From Dehalococcoidia bacterium (GTDB taxonomy: Bacteria > Chloroflexota > Dehalococcoidia > SHYB01), in assembly GCA_965248515.1 (NCBI GenBank), contig CBDFJU010000002.1:878847-942846 (forward strand): a stretch of 64,000 nucleotides of DNA, read 5' to 3'. This document shows, piece by piece, positions 27,165 to 38,620 of the stretch. How positions within the stretch are numbered: the stretch's first letter is position 1; every line of letters begins with the position of its first letter. The notes beneath the pieces are model-generated. The model was not told the DNA's origin. It ran no database searches and worked only from the letters and a program-made list of their open reading frames with translations. The translations under genes and the position numbers were made by a program.

Positions 27165-28707
27165 ATTCAATGGCCAGCACTTCTGTACCATGTCCGCCAA
27201 TCGTATAGTGGTGTGATAGCCCCTGTTCTTCAATGGCATGACGCAGGCTCCGGGACCCGCTGGTCACATAAGGCGGATTCGTGAGGATGAGATCATAAGG
27301 GGCATCGTTCACCCGTGCGAAAGTCCCCAAATTGGACCGCAGCAGCCGGAAGACGTTGTTAAGCGCGCCAGCTGAGAACGCCTGCAGGTGTTCCGGCGAG
27401 TGGTATTTCGTCAACAGGTCCGATAGGTAGATAAGCATATTGGCCTTGGCCAGGATAATCGTCCGCTCATCCTCTTTTTCGTCGCTGCCCTTGTCGTAAC
27501 CGACCATTGTGATGGACGGTGCCACCACTCCATCGACAGGCTCAAACCCGCGCAATAGATGAGGGTTCGCAGATATACACTCAAGGATGAACCCGCCCAC
27601 GCCACAAAACGGGTCGCATATCCTGGCTCCATCCCTCAACTGCTTGGCGTCCGACATCTCCACCATCGCTCTCACTACGTTGCGGGGAGTGAAGTATTGC
27701 CCGAGGAACTTGATTCCTGCGTTCTGGCGTAGGAACGCTTCGTATAGCCGGGTCTTGAACTCCTTATTGATGTATCTGAGCGACCCAAAGCGACTGTCGT
27801 AGTCCTGCAAGTGCCGTAGCACTTCACCGAACAGATTGGCTTGTGCCGTGTTCGGCTGCCCGTTTTCATTTACGAAAATGGTGCCGTTTATGATGGTCGT
27901 GCCGTCGTCGCTTTTCGGGAATAGCGCCTGGACCTCTTTGCGACAGATGTTGGCGTAGTAGGTCAGTGCGGCGGCGGCCGATACAGCGTGGAGGCGTTCG
28001 CAAACGGAGTTGAAGTTGTTGTGGGATTGCAACACACCTATGTCGCTTAGAAACTTGAATACAAACAACTCGACGACGTTATAGAGACACTTTTCAGGCT
28101 CTTTGCCGGTATTGACCCATATTTTCTGCCACATCGTCTTGGCCAGCGCGGACGGGTCTAGGACTTCCGGCATCGATAACTGGTCGTTGGTGTCACTCAG
28201 GGAATGGTCGATCTTGTCAACAAGAAGTTCCAAGTCTGTCGCGGCTTCTGCCGAAATAGAACCGTCTTCTATTGGCCTCACATCGAAGATGCGCGTGAGT
28301 ACGTCCCCTTCCTCTGTCCGAATCCGGTTCCCGGTCAGGGCGTTGATCCAGTAAGTGGTGTTGCCAGAGGTCACTATCAATAGCTTGCATAGCTGCCTGG
28401 CCACTGCAAGTTCCTGGTCAATTGCTACCTGAACTTGCTCTGGAGTTCTGAGTTCGGATGGTGACTTGTATTCAACAATGGCCTTGACTCCACCACCGAG
28501 GAGCACCACAACCCCGTCGGGCTTCTTGTTGGCGATGTTCTGAGTAAAGGAACCTTTGACCACACCGGCATTTCTGGGTTGCCGGAGCGTAGAACTGCCA
28601 AGTCGATAAAAGAGGTATCTCCCAAGAGGCTTAGGTGCCGTCTGTAACAGTTCCTCACTCATCGCGGCCACGCTGGGTCTTCGAGTACCGCCGTTTCTTG
28701 GGAACAC
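27165..28707 (-). pseudogene. Type IIG-like restriction-modification enzyme, 3' truncated by the IS481-like element
   Basis: N-terminal PD-(D/E)xK-like motif (PDGVVVLLGGGVKAIVEYK), then gamma-class N6-adenine methyltransferase motifs (DPFCGVGGF ... LTNPPY). The frame runs into the IS inverted repeat at 27164, and the remaining track ORF sequence is IS-derived. Confidence 0.6.
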
Positions 28708-28885
28708 GCTGCCGTTGGAGCAACCGGTCCAGGTGCTCTATGGTCGACTTCCGGTTCGCTGGTGTCCGGTCGCCGGCGACCCACTTCTCGACGGCGTTCT
28801 TGGTGACCCCCAGCTCGTCCGCTATCGCCGCCCAGGTCCATCCCTTCTCACGGAGCTTGGCAAGGCACGTCTGCACTTCGTTCAT
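28655..28885 (-). CDS. Small XRE/Cro-type HTH protein (controller-like) immediately upstream of the RM gene
   Basis: GWTWAAIADELGVTKNAVEKWVAGDRTP helix-turn-helix; ATG 28885. The rest of track ORF 28655..29914 is antisense to the transposase gene and rejected. Confidence 0.55.
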   Translation of the reverse strand: MNEVQTCLAKLREKGWTWAAIADELGVTKNAVEKWVAGDRTPANRKSTIEHLDRLLQRQRVPKKRRYSKTQRGRDE

Positions 28886-28927
28886 GGTGGCACAATACCA
28901 ATAGGAACGGTTCGCAGAGGTAAGAAC

Positions 28928-30212
28928 ATGATCGCGCAGACCATCACAGCCCTCGGCCCCAACGACCCCGATGACGGCGACCCCGGACGGCAACAACGCG
29001 GCTTGGCCATCGCCGCCACCGTGCCGATTCGCAAGAACAAGCTGGGCTACCAGATTGCCTCGCAGTCCGGTAACGGCTCCTACGTGATTAACTTGGATGA
29101 CGGGATTTTCTGCTCCTGCCCGGACTTCGAGAAACGACAGGAGCCTTGCAAGCACGTCTACGCCGTGGAGTTCACCGTCCAGCGTGAAGCGGACGCTCCC
29201 ACCGGCGAACCCGAAACTGTCCGAGTGTCCCTCGGCCCCTCTTGGACGGCCTACAACCTGGCCCAGACCAACGAGCAGGAGTTGTTCGGAACCCTGTTGC
29301 GGGAACTGTGCGCCGACGCTCCCCAGCCGCCGCAGGGCAAGGGGCGGCCCCGCCTCCCCGTACCCGATATGCTCTTCGCCATCGGCCTCAAGGTCTACGG
29401 CACAATGTCCGGACGGCGAGCCATGACGGACTTCAGGAACGCCCAAGCCGACGGCCTGCTCTCCACCTGCCCGTCGTTCAGCGCCGCTTTCCGGTACATG
29501 GAGAACCCCGCCGTCACGTCGGTCCTGAAGTCCCTGATCGAGCAGAGCGCCCTGCCTCTGAGGGCCGTTGAAGTCGACTTCGCCGCCGATGCCAGCGGCT
29601 TTTCCACCAGCGTCTACGACCGCTGGTTCGACCACAAATGGGGCAAGGAAAAAAAGCAGGCCCGGTTCCTCAAAGCCCATATCATGTGCGGGGTGAACAC
29701 CAAGATCGTGACGGCTGTGGAAGTCACCGAGGCCAATGTCCACGACTCCCCGCCGTTCGCGGGTTTGGTGGCGAAGACGGCGGAGAGCTTCAACATGAAC
29801 GAAGTGTCGGCTGACCGGGCGTACCTGGCGAGGAAAAACTTGAAGGCCGTCGTGGACGCCGGGGCTGTCCCCTTCATTCCATTCAAGATCAATTCCAAGC
29901 AGGAACACACCCACGGCGACTCGTTGTGGGCGAACGACCTACCACTACTTCAGCCTGTTCCGCGAGGAATTCATGGATCACTACCACAAGCGTTCCAACG
30001 TGGAAACCGCCTTCTCGATGATCAAGGCCAAGTTCGGGAGCGCGGTGCGCTCCAAGACGCCGGTCGCCCAGATGAACGAGGTTCTGGTTAAGATTCTCTG
30101 CCATAATATCTGCGTGTTGATTCAAGCGATGTGCGTCCTGGGGGTTGAGCCAGATTTCCGACGCGAAAAGACTTTTGCATCAACCAGGACTTTTGATGCA
30201 AAAGTCAGCTAA
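28928..30212 (+). pseudogene. SWIM zinc-finger + DDE (IS4/IS5-type) transposase with a +1 frameshift near 29935
   Basis: CSCPDFEKRQEPCKHVY SWIM motif; the C-terminal ...MDHYHKRSNVETAFSMIKAKFG continues in another frame (ORF 29973..30212); the expected ...LWA-TYHYFSLFREEF join implies a 1-nt insertion in AACGACC. Confidence 0.65.
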
Positions 30213-30236
30213 ATTTCAGGCTTTTGGTGCAAAGCC
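30170..30236. repeat. Two hairpins at the 3' end of the SWIM-DDE element (14-bp perfect IR GACTTTTGCATCAA/TTGATGCAAAAGTC; then GGCTTT..AAAGCC)
   Basis: Seen directly; they overlap the transposase stop codon and probably mark the element terminus abutting the RHS gene. Confidence 0.5.
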
Positions 30237-33200
30237 CCTTCACGTATGGAGCCACCTCCGGCGGGACCGTCAAGGCCGGAACGACGACCCTTGTGTCGAT
30301 GGCACAGGTCGGCGCCGATGGCGTCTCCGCCTTAGCTACAACCACGTTCACCTATCAGGACCACACCGTTTATTACGAAGACTCGGGAGGAGTCCAATTC
30401 GATGAGGATTGGCCGTTCCTCACGAAGATCGAGAACGGCTACGGCGCCTCGGTGACGATGACCTATACCAGCATCCCAACGGGGACGCCCAAAAGTATTT
30501 GGACCCGAACGGCCGTGACCGAGCGAGTCGTTGACCCGGGCGTTGGCCCCACGGCCAGCACCTCGATTGCGTATACCGGATCGCCGACTTATTACAGCTA
30601 CGGCGATTACACGGTACACGAGTTCCGAGGCTTTGCCACCGTAACGAGAACGGACGCCGCGGGGCATTACTCCCAGCACGGCTTCTACACGACCGGGAGT
30701 GACGACGAAGACAAGCTCACTGGTCGCGAAAAGGAGGTGAAGCGCTACGATAGTGCGGACAACCTCCTGACCTCGACTGTGAACACCTGGGGTTGGGATT
30801 ACACGTGCTGCGATAGTCCAGACGCGACCGTGACCTATTACATTCACCTCGACCAGGTAGATCAGACCACCGGCTCTAAAACCAGCCGCACCCGGTACAG
30901 CTATGGCGCCCATGGCAACCTCGACCGGGAGAACCACGACGGTGACACGAGCACGACGTCCGACGACTGGACGCTGTTCCGGGACTTCAACGTCAATACC
31001 ACCGAGCACATCTTGAGCACAGTTGCGTCCACTTCTGTCTTCGAGGGCGACAAGACCGTCGACACCGGCTCCGGCAAAATGGCCGAAACCTTCTTCTTCT
31101 ACGACGGCAACAACCTCGATGCCGATCACCAGGACGATCCGTCCATAGGCAACGTCACACGGGTCAGGACGATGATCGACGGCTCGAACTATGCCAACAC
31201 CTACGCCACCTACGACACCTATGGCAACCGCTTGACGGCCACGGATGCCAATAACGCCACGACCACGTGGGTCTACGACTCCTACTATCACTCATTGCCG
31301 ACCAAGGAGACGTACTCTGCAGTCGGCACAAGCCCCGCCATGGAGGAGGAGGCTACCTGGGACTTCGGCACCGCCAACATGGCGTCGTTGGAGCGACGCG
31401 AATGGCGAGACCACCACCTACGAGTACGACACGTTCGGCAGGATTACCAAGGTCGTCAGGCCCGGCGACACGTCGGCCAGCGCGACGGTCGTGTACAACT
31501 ACAACTCTTTTGGCACGATCGAACAGCAGAACCTGGAGACCGTCGCTCGGATCGACGATGCCAGCACAACTTGGTCCAAAGCGTACTTCGATGGACTAGG
31601 ACGAACCGTGCAGGTCCATTCCGAGGGCGACACGGAGGGGACGACCACGTACGTCATTGTCAGCGGCACGACGGACTTCAACGACCTTGGTCTGGTGGAC
31701 AAGGGATACCTGCCCCAACGGCTGGGCTCCACGACGCTAAATGGTTTCGAGGCGCCTGGGGCCGGCTGGGAGGCCACCACTTACGCCTACGACGGCTTGG
31801 CGCGGGTATCTTCGACGGCGGCGCCGGACGGGACAGTGGTCACCCACGACTACAGCACGGCTTGGCGGGACACCGTCACTGACGCCAAGGGCTACAAGAC
31901 GCGCTACATCAACGACGCCTTCGGGCGGCTCGTTCAGGTCGACGACTACGACGCCTCTGGGACGACGGTCTACGCCAGCACGACCTATGTCTACGACGTG
32001 ATGGGGAACCTCACCCAGGTCACCGACCCGTCGAACAACGACACGACGATGACCTACGACATGCTGAGTCGCAAGGTCGTGATGGACGACCCCGACATGG
32101 GGGTCTGGCGCTACACCTATGACGACAACGGCAACTTGACGGCCCAGAACGATGCCAAGAATGCTACTATCACGCTCACGTACGACGAGTTGAACCGCCT
32201 CACAGCGAAGACCTATCCGTCCGGCTCGAGCACCACCGACGTGACCTTCGCTTACGACGCCACGACCGCCAGCAACAAGGGACTGGGCCGCCGCACTGGC
32301 ATGACGGGAGATGCCACCGCGACATGGGTCTACGACAGCCGCGGGCGAGTTGCGACGGAGACTATCACGATCAATGGCGACGCCCAGACCTTCGGCTACA
32401 CCTACGACGGCGCCGATCGCCTCACCGTCGTCACGTACCCCGGCGGCGAGGTCGTGACCCAGACCTATAACGACCGTGGTCTCCCCTCGACACTCACCGT
32501 CGATGCCTGGGCCATCGGTCCGGCGGGCTACAATCGCCTGGGCCAGTTGACGAGTCTCAGTCTGCCCGGCCAAAAAATCGAGATCACTAACGACTACTGG
32601 GGCTTGGAGCACAACCCCTCGTCCGACACCAACTTCGGCCGTCTCTACCAGACCAAGGCCCTCAGATTAGGGAGTACGCGTCAGGACCTGACGCATCAGT
32701 GGGACGCAGCCGGCAACCTGACCAGCCGAACCGACAGCCTCGGCTCCGTCGAGACCGAGGACTTCACCTACGACTTCCTCGACCGGCTCACGGGGGCGAG
32801 CAACGCCTACTCGCGCTCTTATGCCTACGACGAGATCGGGAACATCACCGACTTCGACGGGTCGTCTTACACCTACGGCTCTCAGCCACACGCCGTGACT
32901 ACCGCCGGAAGCACCACCTACGCCTACGATGCGAACGGCAACATGACCTCTCGAGGTTTTCAAGACCTCACCTGGGACGACGAGAACCGACTTACGCGAG
33001 TGGGGCTAACGAATGGCCTAATCGGGCGGTGGGGTCTCGACGAGGGATCGGGTTCGACGGCGTCCGACACGAGCGACAACTCGAACGATGGCACCCTCAC
33101 TAATGGTCCTACCTGGACCACAGGCCAACATGCCAACGCGTTGGATTTCGACGGCACAGACGACTACGTCAACATCGGCGACCCGGCGGGCCTTGACTCG

Positions 33201-34829
33201 GGTACGTCAGACTTCACCCTTTCCGCTTGGGTCTATGTCGATGACTTTACGGGCATTATCTTCAGCAAGGGAAGAGCGACCGGAGGCACCCAAGGGTGGG
33301 AGCTTGGGATGGAGGCAACGGGCAAATTCAGGTTCTCATTCCTCGATTCCGACTCCGACGGGACCGAGGGCGACAAATGCGCGGCCATGGATAGCGGGTT
33401 CGCCACTGGAACCTGGTACCACGTCGGCGGCGTGAGAAGCGGCGGTAACGGTACTCTGTATGTCGACGGCGTTCAGGAGGCCACCTGCTCCAACTCAGAG
33501 AGCGCGGGAAGCATCGACAACAACAAACAAGCGCGGATCGCCTTCATTGACGGCGGCTCGAGCAGCCAGGCCTTCGATGGCATCGTCGACGAGGTCCGGA
33601 TTTACCACAGCGCCTTGACAGCTTCAGAGGTCCAGGCTCTCTACGAAGACGGGGCGCTCTACGCCACCTACACTTACGACCCCTACGGTCGAAGGGTCAC
33701 CGCTATCGAGGGCGGCGAGACAATCGCGTACTACAACAAATACCTCGAGAAGAACCTGACGACCGGCGTCGTGACAAGGTACTTTTATTTCGGCGGGATG
33801 CTGCTGGCGCGAAGGAACACGTCCACGCAAATCTACCACAAGGACCACTTGACGGGAATCAACACCATGACCGACGCCGCGGGCGGGCTGGTCGGCTCCA
33901 TCTACTACTACCCTTACGGGGACACGCGCTCGACGTCGGGGTCGATCGACACCGAAAAGCGCTTCACCGGCCAGCGCCAGAGCTCGGCGACGGGCCTGTA
34001 CTACTACAACGCACGTTGGTACGACCCAACGATTGGGCGGTTTATCAGCGCGGACACGATTGTGCCAAACCTAAGCTCCCAAAGTCTTAACAGGTACTCG
34101 TACGTTGACAATAATCCACTGAGATTCAGGGATCCGACGGGCAGATGCGGAATGGAAACCGCATTCTTTGCCTGCAGCTTCGATGATTACGTGAGTTTCG
34201 GTTCATCTGGTGGCGGATTTACAGTCAATGCGGATCTGACCGGGATTGAGTACGGCGGGTTGGTTGCCGATGTGGGCGTTGGTGCCGGCGGTAGTATCTC
34301 AAAGGGAGCGGCAGCACAGAGGCGCGGCGGCAGCCTCCCCCCGGGTGAAAGGCAGAGAGGGAATCAGCTACCCCTTGAGGTATCCTCCCCGGTCGGCTCC
34401 ACGAATATCGAGGTCGCGGTTGACGTCACCAGACTTGGAAGCGGTGCATTTGAGATCGATGTGATGGCGACCGCGCAAGGAGCCTCTGTATACTCCGACT
34501 TGATCGAGAATGGCGAGTTCTTCGTGTCGCCACAACCTGGGCGTGGCGACCAGGTGAGTGGCTACTTCTTGCCCAAACACATTGACCAAGAAGGGTTCAC
34601 CAGAACCGCAAGAAAGAGTCTGACGGTGGAAGCTGAGCCGGAAAGGCTGTTTTTCAAGTTTGGAAACTCTATGGAGCCGACTCATTTGGTCGGTGATTGG
34701 CCTACAACCCAGCCGTTCACTGGTATCCTGATAGATGCCAGGACAGGCGCCGCTATACTAGCGACTGCAGTAGATGAATCGGGTTGGTCCAGTCGGGACT
34801 GGGATGAGTTTCTGGGACCAGCTGTCTAA
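30224..34829 (+). pseudogene. RHS/YD-repeat polymorphic toxin gene: 5' end displaced by the transposon, internal frameshift near 31390
   Basis: YD repeats throughout (..YEYDTFGRITKV.., ..YTYDELNRLTAKTY..). RHS core end motif ..NRYSYVDNNPLRFRDPTGR.. is followed by a ~240-aa unassigned C-terminal domain. LamG/ConA-like insert at ~33000-33650. Frames 30224..31882 and 31245..34829 join with a 1-nt deletion. Confidence 0.75.
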
Positions 34830-36471
34830 TTCAATTCGGTGGCAGACGTGCAGGGCATTCCGCCGAAGCCTCCTCGCGCCGTTTCTGTTTCTCGCTGTCG
34901 CTGCTGCTTGTTCCGGTGGCGACGAGGCGAAGGCTCGGGACTCTTCGATAAATGACTATCCATTTTTCGAAGTATTCGGTAACAGGTTCTTCACCAACAA
35001 CCTTCCGGATGCTCAACACTACGTGCGTTTCCAGTTGAAGCTGCCGACTGTGATCCCGGCAGCCCTCAAGGATTCACCGCTCATCGAGGGGTTCGTTCCT
35101 CCGTCCTCTGTTAGGTCTGCAAGCAGCATCGAGATTACGTATAACTCGACCATCATGAATAAGACTCTCAAGATGTGGCAGATCGTGTCCCTTCGGTCTG
35201 ACCGGCCGATCGAGCTAAGTATCGAGGGGTACAGGGTCGTCACCATAGCGGGCCGAACCGTGCACCTATACGACGATGACGAGAACCGAATTCTACGACT
35301 TGCGGATAACCCGAGTTATTGGGTGGTAGCCCAAGGCAACGATCGATTCAAGGGAAATGAGGCATTGGGACACCCAGGGACCGATGCCTGGTGGGAAGAA
35401 GACGGCGTCTTTTACATCTTGACCGGCAACGGATTCACTGCTCAAGATCTGATCGGGACGATAAGCTCGATCATCAACCAAACACCAACGTCCACAAATG
35501 AGGACCGACCCCAGGCTGAGTTCGACGATGAAACCTTTATGGTCAACTTTGGTTCGTCCTTCCCAGCCCCGCCAACCGTAATCCACCGCACTCACAACGC
35601 TGTAGCCAATCTGTCCGTGAATCAAGAGGCAATCTTCTGGCGAGAGGTGTCGCCCCAGCTCCCAGAAGGCACACTTTGGCGCAAGGAGTCGGGAGACAAG
35701 CCTGAAATCGTCGCGAAGGACATCGCTCCTGGCCACTTCTGGCTGATGGCGGACGGGCGGATCATCACCGCTACCTGTGACGGCAGTCCGGATAGGCCCC
35801 TGGCCTTCTATCAGGTGAACGCTGACTCGAGCCGAACCGACATAACCGACGGCCTGTTCAACGACATCCCTTTGGGCTGTCTGGTGGAATCATATGTCGA
35901 CAGAGCCGGCGTCGCCTATGCTTCGAGGAAAGACGAGGGTACGGTGTGGAGATCTGCGAGTGATGCTCCGGAGTCGATCGTGGAATGGGATGAGATACGT
36001 ACCTTTCTAGAATCCTACGGGAGATACACCGCTATCTTTAGCGTGGTGGGCGCAGGCGAGACCAGTGTATATTTAGCTGAACGAGTGCAGCCGTTCGGGC
36101 GTTTCGTTCGTGTCCTGAAGGCCCCGATTCGAGGGTCTATCGCCGCCCCGATTATAAGCATCGGAGATCGTCCTGCTTTCTTGGGACCAGACTTCCGGCT
36201 CTTTGACGTCGCGGTTAGCCCGAGCGACGATATCTTTGCAGCACTTACCTACCGGAAACCCTCGGACCCAGAGGGCTTTGCACGATTCGGGATCCTTCAC
36301 GTTGACCCTGAAGGAGTAGCTGAACTCGTGTTGAAGGACCTCATCGATTGGACCATTCAGGAACTGGAGTACGACGACAATGGCAATATGTTCGCGATCG
36401 CCGAGACTTCGTCAATGGATGTTGAGCCAATGAGATTGATCCTATCGTACCCCGCTTTAGACAGTGGTTGA
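34804..36471 (+). CDS. Large hypothetical lipoprotein downstream of the RHS toxin gene (candidate immunity or accessory protein)
   Basis: Signal peptide with lipobox FLAVAAAC; start ATG 34804 or 34774, overlapping the RHS stop; 555-565 aa. Confidence 0.5.
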   Translation: MSFWDQLSNSIRWQTCRAFRRSLLAPFLFLAVAAACSGGDEAKARDSSINDYPFFEVFGNRFFTNNLPDAQHYVRFQLKLPTVIPAALKDSPLIEGFVPPSSVRSASSIEITYNSTIMNKTLKMWQIVSLRSDRPIELSIEGYRVVTIAGRTVHLYDDDENRILRLADNPSYWVVAQGNDRFKGNEALGHPGTDAWWEEDGVFYILTGNGFTAQDLIGTISSIINQTPTSTNEDRPQAEFDDETFMVNFGSSFPAPPTVIHRTHNAVANLSVNQEAIFWREVSPQLPEGTLWRKESGDKPEIVAKDIAPGHFWLMADGRIITATCDGSPDRPLAFYQVNADSSRTDITDGLFNDIPLGCLVESYVDRAGVAYASRKDEGTVWRSASDAPESIVEWDEIRTFLESYGRYTAIFSVVGAGETSVYLAERVQPFGRFVRVLKAPIRGSIAAPIISIGDRPAFLGPDFRLFDVAVSPSDDIFAALTYRKPSDPEGFARFGILHVDPEGVAELVLKDLIDWTIQELEYDDNGNMFAIAETSSMDVEPMRLILSYPALDSG

Positions 36472-36771
36472 GAACAAGCCCTCCTTGAACTTCCCGAGGG
36501 ACGTCGCGATGAGGTATGTCTTCCTAGCGGTTGGGTTAGCCTTTCTGGTGGTCGCTTGCAGCGGTGCGGACAGCGCACCATCTGTCAGTCCGACAACCAC
36601 TCCCGCAGTTGATGCCATCATGGATTTGGTCTAGGCTGCGCTTGTGCTCAGGCCAAACGGGGTGTTGCGGAGAGGGCAATCGCGTCGTTATCTTCGTAGG
36701 GGATTCAGTCGATGACTCGGCTAATGGACCTGAATTGAACCTGGCGTTTGACCTATTCACGATCGCGTTTG

Positions 36772-37182
36772 TGTAGACCGTCAGCGATAATGGGACACGT
36801 GAGAGGGGTAGAAAACCCGAGAGTCTGAGAGTGGTGTGAGCTCCTGAAGTGAGGGTAGAGTACCTCATGAAAGGAGCAGCGATGTCCCAGTCAGACGTCA
36901 GCAAGGCCGAGGCCGCCGATCAGCGGTCGGAGCAGACTAGGTCCTTCGTTCGACGAGTTAGAGCGGCTACCCGGCGCAAATACACGCCGGAAGAGAAGAT
37001 CCGTATCGTGCTGGAGGGCTTCCGCCGCGAGGTCACCGTGAACGACCTGTGCCGGCGGGAGGGTATCAAGCCCCACTCCTACTACTCGTGGACCAAGGAG
37101 TTCATGGAGGCGGGCAGGGAGCGGCTGTCCCGTGACACGGTGCGCGATGCCACCCGGCAGGAGATCCAGGATCTCAAGCGGG
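36772..37182 (+). mobile_element. 5' fragment (411 bp) of a second IS3-family element, abutting the full copy in inverted orientation
   Basis: Begins with the same IR TGTAGACCGTCAGCGATAATGGGACAC as the full copy. Homology stops at ...CTCAAGCGGG, directly adjacent to the full copy's other IR at 37183. Confidence 0.65.
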
Positions 37183-37214
37183 TGTTGGCAACCAGCGAAA
37201 GTGGGACACTTTGA
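36882..37214 (+). pseudogene. IS3-family OrfA from the partial copy (3' end replaced by junction sequence)
   Basis: AAAGGAG SD before ATG 36882; KYTPEEKIRIVLEGFRREVTVNDLCRREGI HTH; diverges from the full copy after ...QDLKR. Confidence 0.5.
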
Positions 37215-37225
37215 GACCCGAGAGA

Positions 37226-38215
37226 TTAGAGATCGGGAGAGGGCTTGGTGAGCACCCTGAGGGTCTTGTTGTAGCGCCTTCGCCGTTCTAACGTCTGGAC
37301 CTGCACCTCCTTTCTCCGTTGGAGGATCTGCTCCCGCCTTCCGTTGAGCATGTCTGCGGGCGTCACGTTGCCCAGCGCCTTGTGATAGCGTCGGTAGTTG
37401 TAGTAGGCCACGAAGGCGGCGATTGCTGCTTCCAGGGCAGAAGGCATCTCGTAGGGGACCTGTTTGACGTCCCGCTTGATACTCTGGTGATAGCGCTCGA
37501 GCTTGCCATTGGTCTGAGGGTGGAACGGCGCGGCCAGAATGTGCTTGATTCCCACCAGGTGCAGGTAGTCTCTGAAGCCACGGGACACATAACCTGAGCC
37601 GTTATCGCTCAGCAGGCTGGTCCGGTCGGCCACTGGGACCTCAGTCATGCCGGTCTTGTCCACGGCCTCTTGGACCACCTCGATGAGAGAGTCGGTGGTC
37701 ATGTCCCGCTGGAGCTTGTGGGCCAGTATGAAGCGGGAGTAGTCGTCCATCACGGTGACCAGGTAGTAGTAGCCCCAACCGATCACCTTGAAGTAGGAGG
37801 CGTCGGTAGCCCACATCTGGTGAGGGCCGCTGGTCTTGCGATGGTACTCTTTGCCGGCCTTGAGCTGCATCTCGGGTGACTTCACAAGACCTTCTCTGCA
37901 CAGGATGCGATACACAGTGGACTCGGATACAGCGAAGGCCAGGTTGTCTGTAGACCACGCTGCCAACTGGCGGCTACTTAGCTCCGGCATCTCCCTGGCC
38001 GCTTCCAGGATCGACCGTTCCTCCTGAGGTCTAAGGCGGTTCCACGGTGGAGCGCTGGCTCCAGGTCGGTCCTCGAGACCTTGTTGATGTTGTTGTCGCA
38101 TCAACCACCGATAGTAGGTGCTCTTGGGAACACCCAGGTCTCTGAGCACCCGACGCTTGGCCAGCGGTGATGCGGCTACACTGGCCAGGACCGTCGCCTT
38201 CTCAACGGCGCTCAT
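37226..38215 (-). CDS. IS3-family transposase OrfB (rve integrase core)
   Basis: HQMWATDASYFKVIGWGYYYLVTVMDDYSR...SDNGSGYVS...YNYRRYHKALG integrase-core motifs. Confidence 0.85.
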   Translation of the reverse strand: MSAVEKATVLASVAASPLAKRRVLRDLGVPKSTYYRWLMRQQHQQGLEDRPGASAPPWNRLRPQEERSILEAAREMPELSSRQLAAWSTDNLAFAVSESTVYRILCREGLVKSPEMQLKAGKEYHRKTSGPHQMWATDASYFKVIGWGYYYLVTVMDDYSRFILAHKLQRDMTTDSLIEVVQEAVDKTGMTEVPVADRTSLLSDNGSGYVSRGFRDYLHLVGIKHILAAPFHPQTNGKLERYHQSIKRDVKQVPYEMPSALEAAIAAFVAYYNYRRYHKALGNVTPADMLNGRREQILQRRKEVQVQTLERRRRYNKTLRVLTKPSPDL

Positions 38216-38620
38216 CCGCTGGTACCGACGCCGTTCTGGGGCATTGGTATGGCCGTTTTTTTCAGACGGTAGACCTCGAGGGATAGCTCGGCTACCAGCT
38301 GCTTGAGCTCGCCGTTCTCCCGCTTGAGATCCTGGATCTCCTGCCGGGTGGCATCGCGCACCGTGTCACGGTGACAGCCGCTCCCTGCCCGCCTCCATGA
38401 ACTCCTTGGTCCACGAGTAGTAGGAGTGGGGCTTGATACCCTCCCGCCGGCACAGGTCGTTCACGGTGACCTCGCGGCGGAAGCCCTCCAGCACGATACG
38501 GATCTTCTCTTCCGGCGTGTATTTGCGCCGGGTAGCCGCTCTAACTCGTCGAACGAAGGACCTAGTCTGCTCCGACCGCTGATCGGCGGCCTCGGCCTTG
38601 CTGACGTCTGACTGGGACAT
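38212..38620 (-). pseudogene. IS3-family OrfA of the full copy, disrupted by a 1-nt insertion (TCACCG vs TCCCG in the partial copy)
   Basis: Track ORF 38366..38653 stops at ...RERLSP; removing one base restores ...RERLSRDTVRDATRQEIQDLKRENGELKQLVAELSLEVYRLKK... through the frameshift site. Confidence 0.6.
38256..38262 (-). promoter_or_regulatory. A7 slippery run (A_AAA_AAA) for -1 frameshifting into orfB
   Basis: The -1 frame after CUGAAAAAAACG reads ...NGHTNAPERRRYQR-MSAVEKATVLASV..., which is OrfB. Confidence 0.5.

Noticed and set aside
28886-29914. N-terminal 340 aa of minus-strand track ORF 28655..29914
   Set aside because: It is antisense to the SWIM-DDE transposase gene and has repetitive G/R/A-rich composition typical of mirror-frame ORFs in high-GC DNA. 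Only the C-terminal 76 aa (HTH protein) is credible.
31737-32612. 291-aa minus-strand ORF inside the RHS gene
   Set aside because: Antisense to the YD repeats; low complexity (V/G/R-rich).
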